Assembly (NCBI GenBank): GCA_951406725.2
Contig: OX597832.1
Span: 48,422,001-48,486,000 of the forward strand
Direction: 5' to 3'
DNA length: 64,000 bases
Source of the DNA: Octopus vulgaris
Lineage: Eukaryota
Shown: positions 26,090-39,960 of the stretch, piece after piece
How the letters are laid out: each line of letters opens with the position of its first letter
Numbering within the stretch: position 1 is the first letter of the stretch
Position numbers and translations under genes: made by a program
Notes under the pieces: generated by a model
The model's database searches: none
Told to the model about the DNA's origin: nothing
The model's input: the letters and a program-made list of their open reading frames with translations, nothing else

Positions 26090-26365
26090 TATATATGTAT
26101 ATGTATGTATGTATGTATGTATATATATATACATATATATATATTTATGTACATATATATATATGTATATATACGTATATATATATATATAAATATATAT
26201 ATATATATGTATGTATATATATATATTGATACAGTGATATATATATATATATATATATATTAACATACATATATATAAATGTATATAGAAATATATATAT
26301 ATATATTAATATATGTATATATTATATATTAATATATGTATATATTATATATAAATATATATCTT

Positions 26366-26397
<32 letters not shown>

Positions 26398-26400
<3 letters not shown>

Positions 26401-26522
26401 CGCTCGAAACGTTAAACCCTCCTTCCTTTCTTTCCTGAGCGTCCAATAATACTTTATTTTGTTCCACGTCCTCGCGTTGCTGTGTTTTTTGGGGTTTTTT
26501 TGTGTTTTCTTGTTTGGATTAA
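26398..26522 (+). mobile_element. Family E (Penelope-like) 3' fragment in (TA)n
   Basis: ccgctcgaaacgttaaa...ctgagcgtccaataa...gtttggatt as at 63055-63160. Confidence 0.65.
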
Positions 26523-26559
26523 ATATATATATATATATAAATATATAAATATATATCTT

Positions 26560-27020
<461 letters not shown>

Positions 27021-27294
27021 ATATATATATATATATATAAGTAATGAGAGTGACCTAAGTTTGAATATACCAGAATCTTTATTGATCACTACTGTCGTTT
27101 CGATCCAATACAAATTATTTTATATTCCCATCTTCCATCTCACTCATTACTTACCCGACGAACACTGAGGAATTCCTGAGGTAGGTCCAGTGACATTTCT
27201 TAAAACTGAAGATGTCATCAGCTAGCCATAGGCAATGTACGTGCTTTTACCGGCAAACTACCAGCTGTATACCATATACTTTATTAACTACTAA

Positions 27295-27549
27295 CTACTC
27301 TTTACTCTTGTATTCTTTTACTTGTTTCAGTCATTTGACTGCAGCCATGCTGGAGCACCGCCTTTAGTCGAGCAAATCGACACCAGGACTTATTCTTTGT
27401 ACGCTTAGTACTTATTCTATTGGTCTCTTTTGCCGAACCGCTATGTTTACGGGGCACGTAAACACACCAGCATCGGTTGTCAAGCGATGTTGGGGTGACA
27501 AACACAGACACACAAACATATACACACACACACATACATACACACACAG

Positions 27550-27626
<77 letters not shown>

Positions 27627-27790
27627 CGACGGGCGTCTTTCAGTTTCCGTCTACCAAATCCTCTCACAAAGCTCTGGTCGGCCCGAGGCTATAGTAGAAG
27701 ACACTTGCCCAAGACGCCACACAGTGGGACTGAACCCAGAACCATGTGGCTAGGAAGCAAGCTACTTACCACGCAACCACTCCTGCGCCT
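27295..27790 (-). mobile_element. SINE family B, full length
   Basis: Complete consensus with expanded internal (CA)n. Confidence 0.88.
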
Positions 27791-28091
27791 ACACACATAT
27801 ATATATATAGAGAGATACACACACACATAATACAATTCTACTCACACACATTCTTATACTTATATATACACAGACACATACACAAGCCTACATTCATATC
27901 TTATCTTTATGTGTATGTGTGCGCGTGTGTGTGCCTTCTCAATACAACTCACTGTAATTTGACTGTAATGAAGATTTTGATCTGGTCTTATATTCTTATT
28001 TACTATTGACCTCATATATGAATATTACGTTTTTGTATGTGTGTATCTGAGGGTATTCGTACGAAATATTTGTTGTCTATGTACTTCCATA

Positions 28092-28123
<32 letters not shown>

Positions 28124-28407
28124 AGACAGTCGATATATGTTTGTATAATGAGTACAAGAGCCATCTATGCATATTTGCTTAAGAACAATACTAGAAAAGT
28201 CTGTTGGACAATTTAATGTGGAAGTGACTTTGTAACTACCTGGTTACAGTTAAACTATTCTAGTAGGGAATGGGGTGTGATCAATTCATAATTTGTCACC
28301 AGGGGACGTGAAATATAACTAGACATCTTCTACATCACGAAGGAACGAAACTTGCTAAGGAAGAGATTAAAATATTGAGAAGGAAGAGACAAGGTGAATG
28401 ACGAATA

Positions 28408-29253
28408 CAGTCAACTCTCGCTACTATGCCACTCTCGCAACTATGCCAGTTTTGCGCGGTCCCGGCCAAATAATAAACAAAAATTTTTTACTATGCCACC
28501 CTCAACTCTCGCTACTATGCCACTTGTAAACTGAAGCACACGCAACTTTCCGAAATTGTGTACTCCTACATTTTGTACATTTCGTATTTGTAATCTTGTG
28601 GAAAAGTTCAGAAAGTAGCACACAATGTCAGCTCAGAAACGCAAGCGGACTGAGTTTACGCTGAAGGAAAAGAAGGAGATTATCGATGCTGCGAAAAACG
28701 TTATTGTCGGGCCCCTCCTATCATTAGTAATATCTGATACAAGTTACCGCCCCTTGTATTGTCCGACATGTTTCACTCTAGAAGAAATAGCAAAGGAGGT
28801 AATGCATAACGAAGAGCCGGTGGAAAGTGAAGACGACGAGGTAATTGTGGAAGAGGAATACGTTCCGTTTGCAGATGCCCAGAGAGCATGGAGCACTATC
28901 CGAAAGTTTATGCAGCAGCAGAGCAGCGGAAAACCCAGCGTCATGTAGGCAGGTGATAGGCTAGACAACGAAATGAATGAAATCCGCCGAAAGAAGATGC
29001 GTCAGCCGACAATTTTTGAGAGCTTCGGGATTAACTAAAAGCAATCTGAACTTAATAAACTTGGATGTCTTCTTTTTACCATTGCATTGAACTTCTTATT
29101 GGCCTTACTTCCTACCCTATGAATTTTTATTCGTATGTTCAGTAAATTTTTGGTTATGTAGTGTTTAGATAACAGACCCTCGGTACTATGCCACTCTCGG
29201 TACTATGCCACTTTGGCTCAGTCCCGCAGGGTGGCATAGTAGCGAGTTGACTG
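28408..29253 (+). mobile_element. Internally deleted Tigger/pogo DNA transposon
   Basis: TA TSDs; TIRs cagtcaactc(tc)gctactatgccac / gtggcatagtagcgagttgactg; subterminal ctatgcca repeats; transposase N- and C-terminal remnants. Confidence 0.9.
28625..29038 (+). pseudogene. Tigger-type transposase remnant (CENP-B-like HTH start joined to acidic C-terminus and PIP-box-like end)
   Basis: MSAQKRKRTEFTLKEKKEII ... EEPVESEDDE ... then, after an in-frame TAG, RKKMRQPTIFESFGIN*; DDE domain absent. Confidence 0.8.
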
Positions 29254-30170
29254 TAGCAGATATAATAAGACGTATTCAATTATAAATTGTTATTAGTTTT
29301 AATACGGTTTACCCTACCAAAAAAGGGGGGAAAAGACAGATTAACAGTGATTCAACCATTCATGTATATATTCAGGCAACTTTAGACATGAGGTGTTATA
29401 ATATGGTTAAATTTAGCCAGGTTGTCATAGAAATAAGTTGGTTAAACATATAGAATAAACCAACGAGGTATTATTGCTTGTATAGTTTTAAAAGAACGAT
29501 GTAAACAAGTCGATGATTTGTTTAATGGATGGCTATTGTGTTTGCTAATGCTGATGCTTCGAAGTAGCCATTGTATTGTCTCTTGTTTGCAGCTTATAGC
29601 AAACAGTAGATGATATTTATAGTAAGCAGCTGATGATTTTTATAACGAACGGAATAAGAGACAGGTTGTATGTTTACGTAGCGAGCGTTTTTACCTTATT
29701 TAAATGTCATTATTGCTATGCATTGTTAAAATTGATTTATTCAAAAATAATTTTTCTTTGAATTCATATAAACAGAATTATATACGATTCTTTTTATTTT
29801 CGTTTTTCTTTTTTTCTTTTTCTATTCTGACATATGGATGATGTCTGACTAGTTCTAAGCCGGGCATATTAAGTATTGCTTGTGCTTTGTCTGGGCTAAT
29901 TAATTTAAATATAGTTGTGGCTGTTATTCGGCAAAATTTGATTTCTGACTAATTGGTATTTTCTCTATCACTATTTTCCCCCTTCTCTCTCTCTCTCTCC
30001 CTTTCTCTCTGTTTGTATGTATGTATGTATGTATGTATGTATGTATGTATGTATGTATGTATGTATGTATGTATGTATGCATGTATGTATGTATATATGC
30101 ATATGTATATATATATATATATCTCAAAATAGTTTCGAGGGGGATATAATCCTGGTGGTTACTGTGTTAA

Positions 30171-30206
<36 letters not shown>

Positions 30207-30251
30207 AAAATAGTTTCGAGGGGGATATAATCCTGGTGGTTACTGTGTTAA

Positions 30252-30392
<141 letters not shown>

Positions 30393-30722
30393 TTATATAT
30401 ATAAGGTAGAAAATATTTTAGTGGGGAAACACACATGGATATATATAGAGAAAAAGTAAAGATGAAAAACAAAGAAGATTTGTTTTACAGGATTTAAGAG
30501 TATATTAGAGCCATGATAATAAAGATATACAATTTTGTACAAAATAAGATTTTGTTTTTTCAAGATAATTGAAGTAAGAAATGAAGCTTCTTTATTTAGT
30601 CTTACTTGTGTTGAGATCTAGAAGGCAAGTTGATAAAATGGGAAAATCACGATTTGTAGTTGTAATCGTTGAGCACATTCGTCAGTGTGTTGACTGAAGT
30701 ATATTTGGCGATATTGTTGGGA

Positions 30723-30798
30723 GGAACGATACAGAGAAGATTAGCATGGCTCCTGCGCAAGGATGACACGCAAATTCGTGAAGCGTTCCATATTTTTT
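30723..30798 (+). pseudogene. RNU6: U6 snRNA retrocopy, 5'-truncated
   Basis: GGAACGATACAGAGAAGATTAGCATGGCTCCTGCGCAAGGATGACACGCAAATTCGTGAAGCGTTCCATATTTTTT matches canonical U6 from about nt 32 to the end, including the ACAGAGA box, with one C>T; 5' stem-loop absent. Confidence 0.93.
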
Positions 30799-30802
30799 CT
30801 AT

Positions 30803-31168
30803 AGTCGTAGGAGTGGCTGTGTGGTAAGTAGCTTGCATACGAACCACATGGCTCCGGGTTCAGTCCCACTGCGTAGCACCTTGGGCAAATGTCTTCTACT
30901 ATAGCCTCGGGCCGACCAAAGCCTTGTGAGTGGATTTGGTAGACGGAAACTGAAAGAATCCCGTTGTATATATGTATATATATATATACATATATGTGTG
31001 TGTATATGTTTCTGTGTCTATGTTTGTTCCCCAACATCGCTTGACAACCGATGCTGGTGTGTTTACGTCCCCGTAACATAGCAGTTCAGCAAAAAGAGAC
31101 CGATAGAGTAAGTACTAGAATACAAAGAATAAGTCCTGAGGTCAAATGACTGAAACAAGTAAAAGAGA
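30803..31168 (+). mobile_element. SINE family B (short deletion near the tail)
   Basis: ggagtggctgtgtggtaag head to gaaacaagtaaaagag tail. Confidence 0.88.
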
Positions 31169-31451
31169 CAACTCAAGCTGGTAAAAATGAGTCATTCTGC
31201 AACGCGTCGGCGTTCTGTCCAGGTTGGGCACTTATACGCCATGGAAACCGAGAAATCGTTCTCATGAGTCGGCATGATGTGAGAAGGAAACCTTTACCTT
31301 ACCCTTAACATGGCGAAGTGATCGCAGAGCAATGTATGTGGGACGAGTGTTTTGCCCAAGAACACAACGCACCTCCCAGTCCAGGAATCGAGCCCACGAT
31401 TTCTAGATCGTGAATACAAAACTCTAACTACTTGGCCACGCACTCTCACAA

Positions 31452-31680
31452 AGTAGTAGTAGTAGTAGTAGTAGTAGTAGAAGGAGGAGGAGGAGGAGGA
31501 GGAGGAGGAATAGGACGTGGAGAAGAAGAAGAAGAAAAAGAAGAAGAAAAGATGATGATGATGATGATGAAGAAGAAGAAGAAGAAGAAGAAGAAGAAGG
31601 AGGAGGAGGAGGAGGAGGAGGAGGATGACGAGGAGAAGAAAAAGAAAAAGAAGAAGAAGAAGAAGAAGAAGAAGAAGAAG

Positions 31681-31710
<30 letters not shown>
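31452..31710. repeat. Compound (AGT)/(GGA)/(GAA)n microsatellite
   Basis: Directly visible. Confidence 0.9.
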
Positions 31711-31711
<1 letters not shown>

Positions 31712-31963
31712 GTTTGTTTAGATATCGGCTAAGCTAAGCGTTTAAGGAACCTTAGATGTGGAGGGATAATAGGATGATTAAATTTAGCCGGATTTCAAGA
31801 TAACGGTTGATTAAACGTATAAATAGATCCACCGAAAATCTCGCTTTAGGAATTTGTTTTCTAGACGGCTTTTGTGTTGCTATTGTTGTCGATAAGAAAG
31901 GAGCTCTTATATAATGTTTGGTTCGCAATTTTTAAGTAGCAGTTGACGGTATTTCTAAAGAAG

Positions 31964-32361
31964 AAGGCGGCGAGCTGGCAGAAACGTTAGCGTGCCGGGC
32001 GAAATGCTTAGCGTTGTGAGTTCAAATTCCGCTGAGGTCGACTTTTGCCTTTCATCTTTTCGGGGTCGATAAATTAAGTACCAGTAACGCACTGGGGTCG
32101 ATGTAATCGACTTAATACCTATGTCTGTCCTTGTTTGTCTCCTCTGTGTTTAGCCCCTTGTGAGTAGTAAAGAAATAGGTATTTCGTCTGTCGTTATGTT
32201 CTGAGTTCAAATTCCACCAAGGTCGACTTTGCCTTTCATCCTTTCGGGGTCGATAAATTAAGTACCAGTTACGCACTGGGGTCGATGTAATCGACTTAAT
32301 ACCTATGTCTGTCCTTGTTTGTCTCCTCTGTGTTTAGCCCCTTGTGGGTAATAAAGAAACA
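31964..32361 (+). mobile_element. SINE family A dimer with a single TSD
   Basis: Head plus two units; ggtatttctaaagaa at 31948-31962 and 32362-32376. Confidence 0.9.
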
Positions 32362-32408
32362 GGTATTTCTAAAGAACGAAATACCTGAGGTTATTTATGT
32401 ATGTTGTC

Positions 32409-32560
32409 ATTACCTCCGTAATAACGGTTTCGGTAAGGCGGAGGTATTGTTTACAGTCGTATTTGTTTGTTTGTTTGTTTGCCCGTGGACAAGATATCTC
32501 AAGAACCGCTGTATGGATTCGGATGAAACTTTCAGGAATGTTTGGCCTCGTGACTGACGA
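32409..32560 (+). mobile_element. Non-autonomous Helentron/Crypton-like element end
   Basis: tacctccg...cggaggta hairpin then (GTTT)n; homologous to 11385-11630. Confidence 0.55.
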
Positions 32561-32562
32561 TG

Positions 32563-33020
32563 TTACTCTTTACTCTTTTACTCTTTTACTCTTTTACTTG
32601 TTTCAGTCATTTGACTGCGGCCATGCTGGAGCACCGTCTTTAATCGAGCAACTCGAACCCGGGACTTATTCTTTTGTAAGCCCAGTACTTATTCTATTGG
32701 TCTCTTTTGCCGAAGTAACGGGGACATAAACACACCAGAATCGGTTGTCAAGTAACGGGGACATAAACACACCAGCATCGGTTGTCAAGCAATGCTAGGG
32801 GAACAAACACAGACACACAAACACACACACGCACACATATATATATACATATATACGACGGGCTTCTTTCAGTTTCCGTCTACCAAATCCTCTCACAAGG
32901 CTTTTGGTCGGTCCGAGGCTATCGTAGAAGAATCTTACCCAAGGTGTCACGCAGTGGGACTGAACCCGGAACCATGTGGTTGATAAACAAGATACTTACC
33001 ACAGAGACACTCCTGCGCCT
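32563..33020 (-). mobile_element. SINE family B with internal duplication
   Basis: Consensus with aagtaacggggacataaacacaccag repeated. Confidence 0.85.
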
Positions 33021-33025
33021 ATGTT

Positions 33026-33137
33026 ATACAAATGTTTATAATTCCAGTGATGGTTTGGATCTGTAGTCTTCGAATCATCTTCCTCCTTTCTGGTTTCGAG
33101 ATACATAATTTCTCAAGATTGGTACTTAGGCAGGCAC
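33026..33137 (-). mobile_element. REL-type LINE C-terminal fragment
   Basis: CLSTNLEKLCISKPERRKMIRRLQIQTITGIINIC, homologous to 60828-61043. Confidence 0.6.
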
Positions 33138-33454
33138 ATATGTATGTATGTATGTATGTATGTATGCATGCATGCATGCATGCATGTATGTATGTATGCA
33201 TGTATGTATGTATGTATGTATGTATGTATGTATGTATGTATGTATGTATGTATGTATGTATGTATGTATGTATGCATGCATGCATGCATGCATGAATGTA
33301 TGTATCTATGCATGTATGTATGTATGCATGCATGCATGCAAGCATGTATGTATCTATGCATGCATGCACGTATGTATGTATGTATGTATGCATGTATGTA
33401 TGTACGTACGTACGTATGTATGTATGTACGTACGTATGTATGTATGTATGTATG

Positions 33455-33493
<39 letters not shown>

Positions 33494-33499
33494 ATGTAT

Positions 33500-33658
33500 G
33501 TAGGAGTGGCTGTGTGGTAAGTAGATGTTTACCAACCACATGGTTTCGGGTTCATTCCCACTGCGTGGCACCTTGGGCAAGTGTCTTCTACTATAGTCTC
33601 AGACCGACCAAAGCCTTAGGAGTGGATTTGGTAGACGGAAACCGAAAGAAGCCCGTCG

Positions 33659-33719
<61 letters not shown>

Positions 33720-33960
33720 GTGTGTGTGTGTGTTTGTGTGTCTGTCTTTCCCCCCCCCTGCAACATCGCTTCACATGCGATGCTGGTGTGTTTACGTCTC
33801 CGTAACTTAGCGGTTCGGCAAAAAGAAATCCTATAGAATAAGTACTAGGCTTACAAAGAATAAGTCCTGGGATCGATCTGCTCGACTAAAAGGTGATGCT
33901 TCAGCATGGCCGCAGGCAGATGACTGAAACAAGTAAATGAATAAAAGAATAAAAGAAATA
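33500..33960 (+). mobile_element. SINE family B, full length
   Basis: Consensus head to tail. Confidence 0.88.
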
Positions 33961-34039
33961 TATGTATCTTTGTATGTGTTATATGTGTATATATATATAT
34001 ATATGTGTGTGTGTGTATATACGTATGTGTATATACGTA

Positions 34040-34112
<73 letters not shown>

Positions 34113-34535
34113 ATAAATTTATTAATGGCTTATATAACAATAATAAGCTATAATATGCTGTTTATTCAAGACATATATATATGCATATGTATATATGTAT
34201 ATGTATACACACACATACACACACATACACACTCATATATGTGTGTAATCTTTATTAAATACAAATACTTCTGTATGTAGTGAGAGATGACATTTTTATA
34301 AAATATATTTTTGAATTCCTATCAATCGAAATAGATATTATTCTGTTTTATTTATATGGACGTCTGTCGTCGATGAATGCAATACATGTTGCTTGCGATT
34401 TACCAGGGATAATTAATTGGAGCTGAGTCTGTTACTATAAATTGGAAATATTTTCATGTTTTATTAATTAGCGTTGACGGAGATGATATTCCATGAACAG
34501 AAACGTATAAAAAAAGAATATCTATCTATCTATCC

Positions 34536-34629
<94 letters not shown>

Positions 34630-34794
34630 ATATCTATCTATTTCTTACTCTCTCTTTCTCTCTCTCTCCCGTATACTTATATATATACTTATATATATAT
34701 TTTATATATATGCATATGGTTATTTATACACATATACATAAACATACACAAAATATATACACATATATATATGTATATATATATACATATGTAT

Positions 34795-34839
<45 letters not shown>

Positions 34840-35393
34840 CATCTGTATATGTATATATTTACGTATGTGTTAACGTGTGTCAGTGTATGCGTCTGCGTAT
34901 TTGAATGTATAATTGCATCGCTTTTTATTCATACACGCAAACACAATCATGTTTGTGTGTACACACTTACATGCACACACCTATACATATACATGCATAC
35001 ATACATGCAATTAAATAAATCAACGTATATATATATTTTGATTTACATATTTGCCTATGCCTACCTACCTACTTGCAGCCTACCTACTTACCTACCTACC
35101 TACCTACCTACCTACCTACCTACCTACCTACCTACCTACCTACCTGTGTAGATTTTTGAACACTTATAGAACATTTATCTATTAATGTTCTAAAACCTAC
35201 ACAGCCTTGTTTTTTTCATCTCATTATGAAAAAAAAAAAAATTTTTTATATACACACGCTGATATATGACCTACGTTGAACCCCTTATTCGCATAATCGC
35301 CAAACCTGGAGCTTAACTATAGTCTATCTATAGCACTTATTCAGCACTGCCTGACACCTTTGGGTCTCAATAACACCATTACCTCTCATAACC

Positions 35394-35445
<52 letters not shown>

Positions 35446-35733
35446 CGTATGTATGTATATATGTATATGTATATATGTATAAAACACATTTATTGTCTCC
35501 GTTTTTTTCTTTCTCCATTTTTTCCTCTCATCCGTTTCTCTCGATGAGCGTAGGCACGAAACGTGAAGATCGTTTTCACTCTTCCCAAGCGTCAACCTAA
35601 TACAGTTGGTTGGTGTTCCACTACCCGTGTTTGTCTTTTGCTTTGCTATATATTTGAACTACGCACATATGTATACATATATATCTCTCTCTCTATATAT
35701 ATTTATCTCTCTCTATAAATATATATAGATACG

Positions 35734-35833
<100 letters not shown>

Positions 35834-36234
35834 TATGTAAATATAATATATGACAATAATTCGTTATATTTACAGATAATTCCGCTATTTACATAATATC
35901 GAGGTTCTTTCATTCTTTTGTTGTTATACCATTTCTCTCAATATATGTATATCTGTGTGTGTGTGTGTGTGTGTGTATATGTATATGTATATTTTCATTG
36001 CATTGTCATTACTCTGTGCTTTGTAAACATTGTACAAACTGTATTTTCAAACATTTTTTGGCATTATATATTAAAACAAATTTATCTATATGTTTTTATA
36101 TTTCGAACGAATGTCCTGTCTGGCTGGACATATTAATTAATTTTAAAGTTGATTGTACCAGTAGTTTATGAAAATTTAATGTCTGTTTAGATGGAATTTA
36201 TTCCACTATTTATCCATGTGTCTGTGTTTACAGC

Positions 36235-36323
<89 letters not shown>

Positions 36324-36331
36324 GATCGATC

Positions 36332-36418
<87 letters not shown>

Positions 36419-36702
36419 GGTAAGTATTAGCAACAGAAGCAGTATTAATGCCAATAATAATATTTATCTCCACTTGAAAGTGGATGCTCAGTTAGAACAA
36501 ACAATACAACGTTATTTGCCATGAGAGAACCTCTCATATAGACTTGTGGTGCATATAAGCACTCGTTGTTATATCGCTAGCGGGAGATAATGATCCACTA
36601 TTACCGCCGGGACTGCTAGGTCATATGCTCGGAGAGCATATGACCTAGCATGTAAGAGTCCAGGAGCTTCAACAAAATCTGTGATAAAGAGAAATAATAA
36701 TG

Positions 36703-36760
<58 letters not shown>

Positions 36761-37340
36761 CAACAGCAAAAACAACAATAATAATTATAATAAATGTCCT
36801 GATGCAGTACCAGGCAGTGGCTCTCATGGCTTTTGATCTTAACTGATTGGAAGTGTAATCATGTACATTGCTTTGTCTTGGTATAAAAGTTGGGTTACAG
36901 CAAATACCACAGATTTGCTTGTCAGTTGTTTGACCATAATCAGTTGAGCAAGTCCCTTAGTGACTGACGATATGTGCATCTCTGATCACGAGCAGAAGTA
37001 GTGGGGAAGTATCATAGCTGTGTGTTGAGAGGGATTCTTTGGGGTTTGAGTAATTCACCCTTTCAAACAGGTATTTCGTTCATCATCCTTAAACAATCCT
37101 TATTCAAGGACCTTTTGAGCGGGATGGGTTATTCGACCAGAAGAAAAGTCTAACTGGGCCCCACCTGCAAGGTCATGCGCTGTTTATCTTGATATGAGAT
37201 CACCATGTCGCGCACATATAATTGTGATGCATGTGCCTGGTGTACCTTTATCAGACAGGTAGTCGTGATGGGTATACTGGGCTTCGTATATTTTACCCCA
37301 GTGTCTCTTTGATGGCTTGCACTGCCCTCTCACTCACTCA
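36761..37340 (+). mobile_element. ~570-bp non-coding element embedded in (AAT)n (candidate non-autonomous Dong partner)
   Basis: Both ends in AAT repeats; 5' part repeated at 8255-8447, 3' end repeated at 58820-58870 also followed by (AAT)n; no ORF. Confidence 0.65.
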
Positions 37341-37399
37341 ATAATAATAACAATAATAATAATAATATAATAATAATAATGATGATGATGATGATGATG

Positions 37400-37482
<83 letters not shown>

Positions 37483-37709
37483 TAATAATAATAATAATAT
37501 GTGTGTGTATATGTATGCATTTATGCGTGTGTACGCACACACACATATGATACAGAACCTCCGAAAACAAGAAGCCTCAAATTAAGTATTACCCTAGCTG
37601 AATATGATTATCCATGAAGTCAACTATGAAATATCTATGTACGTAATCATCACAAACCATGAACCCAACATGTTCAGCATTACGAGAATGAAAGACAACT
37701 CAAAATAAC

Positions 37710-38335
37710 GAAACTCTAGGACATAAAAGATAAATTCATAAACAAACGTCAAACATACGTACCCAACATCAGCTGCCTAACGGATAACACTATGGTCTTG
37801 ACACCTGAGCACTACCATTCAATCCATCAGTTTTAACAGCATTAAAATCATAAACCCTGCCTAGGAGGCAATAGACAAGCAGCAGGAGCGAAATGCCAGC
37901 ATGATATGCCCATTACAACAACACCTGCTTATTATTACAAATAACAACATTGAATATAAACAGAATATAGTAGTAGCTGATAGTTACAAAGTTAGAAACT
38001 TTAGAAAAGAAACAGTATCTAACGAGACTCCAAGGCACAAAAGATTCATATACAAGCATGCTAAAGATAGGTTCCCATCATCAGCTGCCTAACGTATATC
38101 ACTATAGTTTCGATACCTAGGCACTACCATTCATCCAACGGTGTCGACAGCATTAAAATATAAAACTCTGACTCATAAGCAATAGATAAGCATTCAGATC
38201 GAACCCCCAGCGTAATATGTTCATTACGCCAGTAACTGATTATTATTACAAATAGTAACATCGAATATAAACAAAATATAGTATTGACTTATAGCTACAA
38301 AGCTAGAGGTTTTCGAAAGGAAAGGGAATCTATAT
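37710..38335. repeat. Old tandem duplication, period ~312 bp
   Basis: catcagctgcctaacg at 37767 and 38079; gcactaccattc, acagcattaaaat and ttattattacaaata recur at about the same offset. Confidence 0.75.
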
Positions 38336-38655
38336 CACAAATGAGTTCCTCCACAAAGGAAACTGTGATCCCCAAAACTGAAGTACAAAATGAAACTAAT
38401 GAACGAAACGTATTGAAAGAACAAAAAAAAAAAAACCTACTGAACCATCGATACATAGCATGATAATAACAACACATATAGCAACAAACAGAAGTTCAAA
38501 GAGATATATTAATTAAGGAACATAGACCAATAGATATGCCGCTTCTCATTCTGTGGCAGATACTAATCATGAAGCCACACCAAAAACGAAACTATTCAAG
38601 CAATAAACCTTTCAACCAACTTTCCCGAAGGGTGTCCAAGAGAAAAGACAAAAGA

Positions 38656-38800
<145 letters not shown>

Positions 38801-38997
38801 GTAAATACACACATATACACACAGACAAACACACACATACATATATATACACATATGTATATTCATATGCATATATATATGTATGTGCGTATATATATAT
38901 CCATGTATATGTACATGAATGTATATGTCTGTATATATACTCATAGACAAATACAAATACGTATGTGTGTGTTTGCGTGTATGTACAAGTGTGTATG

Positions 38998-39033
<36 letters not shown>

Positions 39034-39483
39034 TGTGTATATATATATATATATGTACATATATATACATATATATATGTACATGTATGTATGTATATTT
39101 GTATGTATGTATGTATGTATGTATGTATGTATGTATGTATGTATGTATGTATATAATGTCTCCGGTCCAGAGTTGCGCAGGAACAGAAATAGCTAACTAC
39201 TTTGACAGAGGCTGGTTGATTAAGTACTGGTAATTATAATGATGATGATCACGGTGGTTCTGGTAACCATGGTGACTTGGAGGCTGATGGGAAGGCTGAT
39301 CATCATGGCTTTAAGATTTACGGATTGCAGTGGTAATGATAGTGAAAGTACTGCGAAGATAATAATTAGGATGATTATGATGATGATGATGATGATGACG
39401 ATGATGACGACGATGACGAAGATGATGATAATGATGATGATAATGAAGAAACAATAATGAAGATGATGTTCCTGACCACGATT

Positions 39484-39718
39484 ATTTTCTTCTTCTTCTT
39501 CTTCTTCTTCTTCTTCTTCTTCTTCTTCTTCTTTTTCTTCTTCGTCTCCCCTCCCCCTCCCCCTTCCTCTTCTTCTTCCTCTTCTTCTCCTTCTTCCTCT
39601 TCTTCTCCTTCTTCCTCTTCTTCTTCTCCTTCTTCCTCTTCTTCTTCTCCTTCTTCTTCTTCTTCTTCTTCTTCTCCTTCTTCTTCTTCTTCTTCTTCTT
39701 CTTCTTCTTCTTCTTCTC

Positions 39719-39749
<31 letters not shown>

Positions 39750-39784
39750 TTCTTCTCCTTCTTCCTCTTCTTCTTCTTCTTCTC

Positions 39785-39815
<31 letters not shown>

Positions 39816-39820
39816 TTCTC

Positions 39821-39851
<31 letters not shown>

Positions 39852-39960
39852 TTCTTCTTCTCCTTCTTCTTCTTCTTCTTCTTCTTCTTCTTCTTCTCCT
39901 TCTTCCTCTTCTTCTTCTCCTTCTTCTTCTTCTTCTTCTTCTTCTTCTTCTACTTCTCCT
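39484..39960. repeat. Long (TTC)n tract with periodic CTC interruptions
   Basis: Directly visible; source of the poly-E/R/S ORFs. Confidence 0.95.

Noticed and set aside
29340-29690. Weak similarity to 31740-31950
   Set aside because: Probably two ancient LINE fragments, too decayed to classify.
30723-30798. Functional U6 gene
   Set aside because: 5' stem-loop missing and no upstream TATA/PSE; called a retrocopy.
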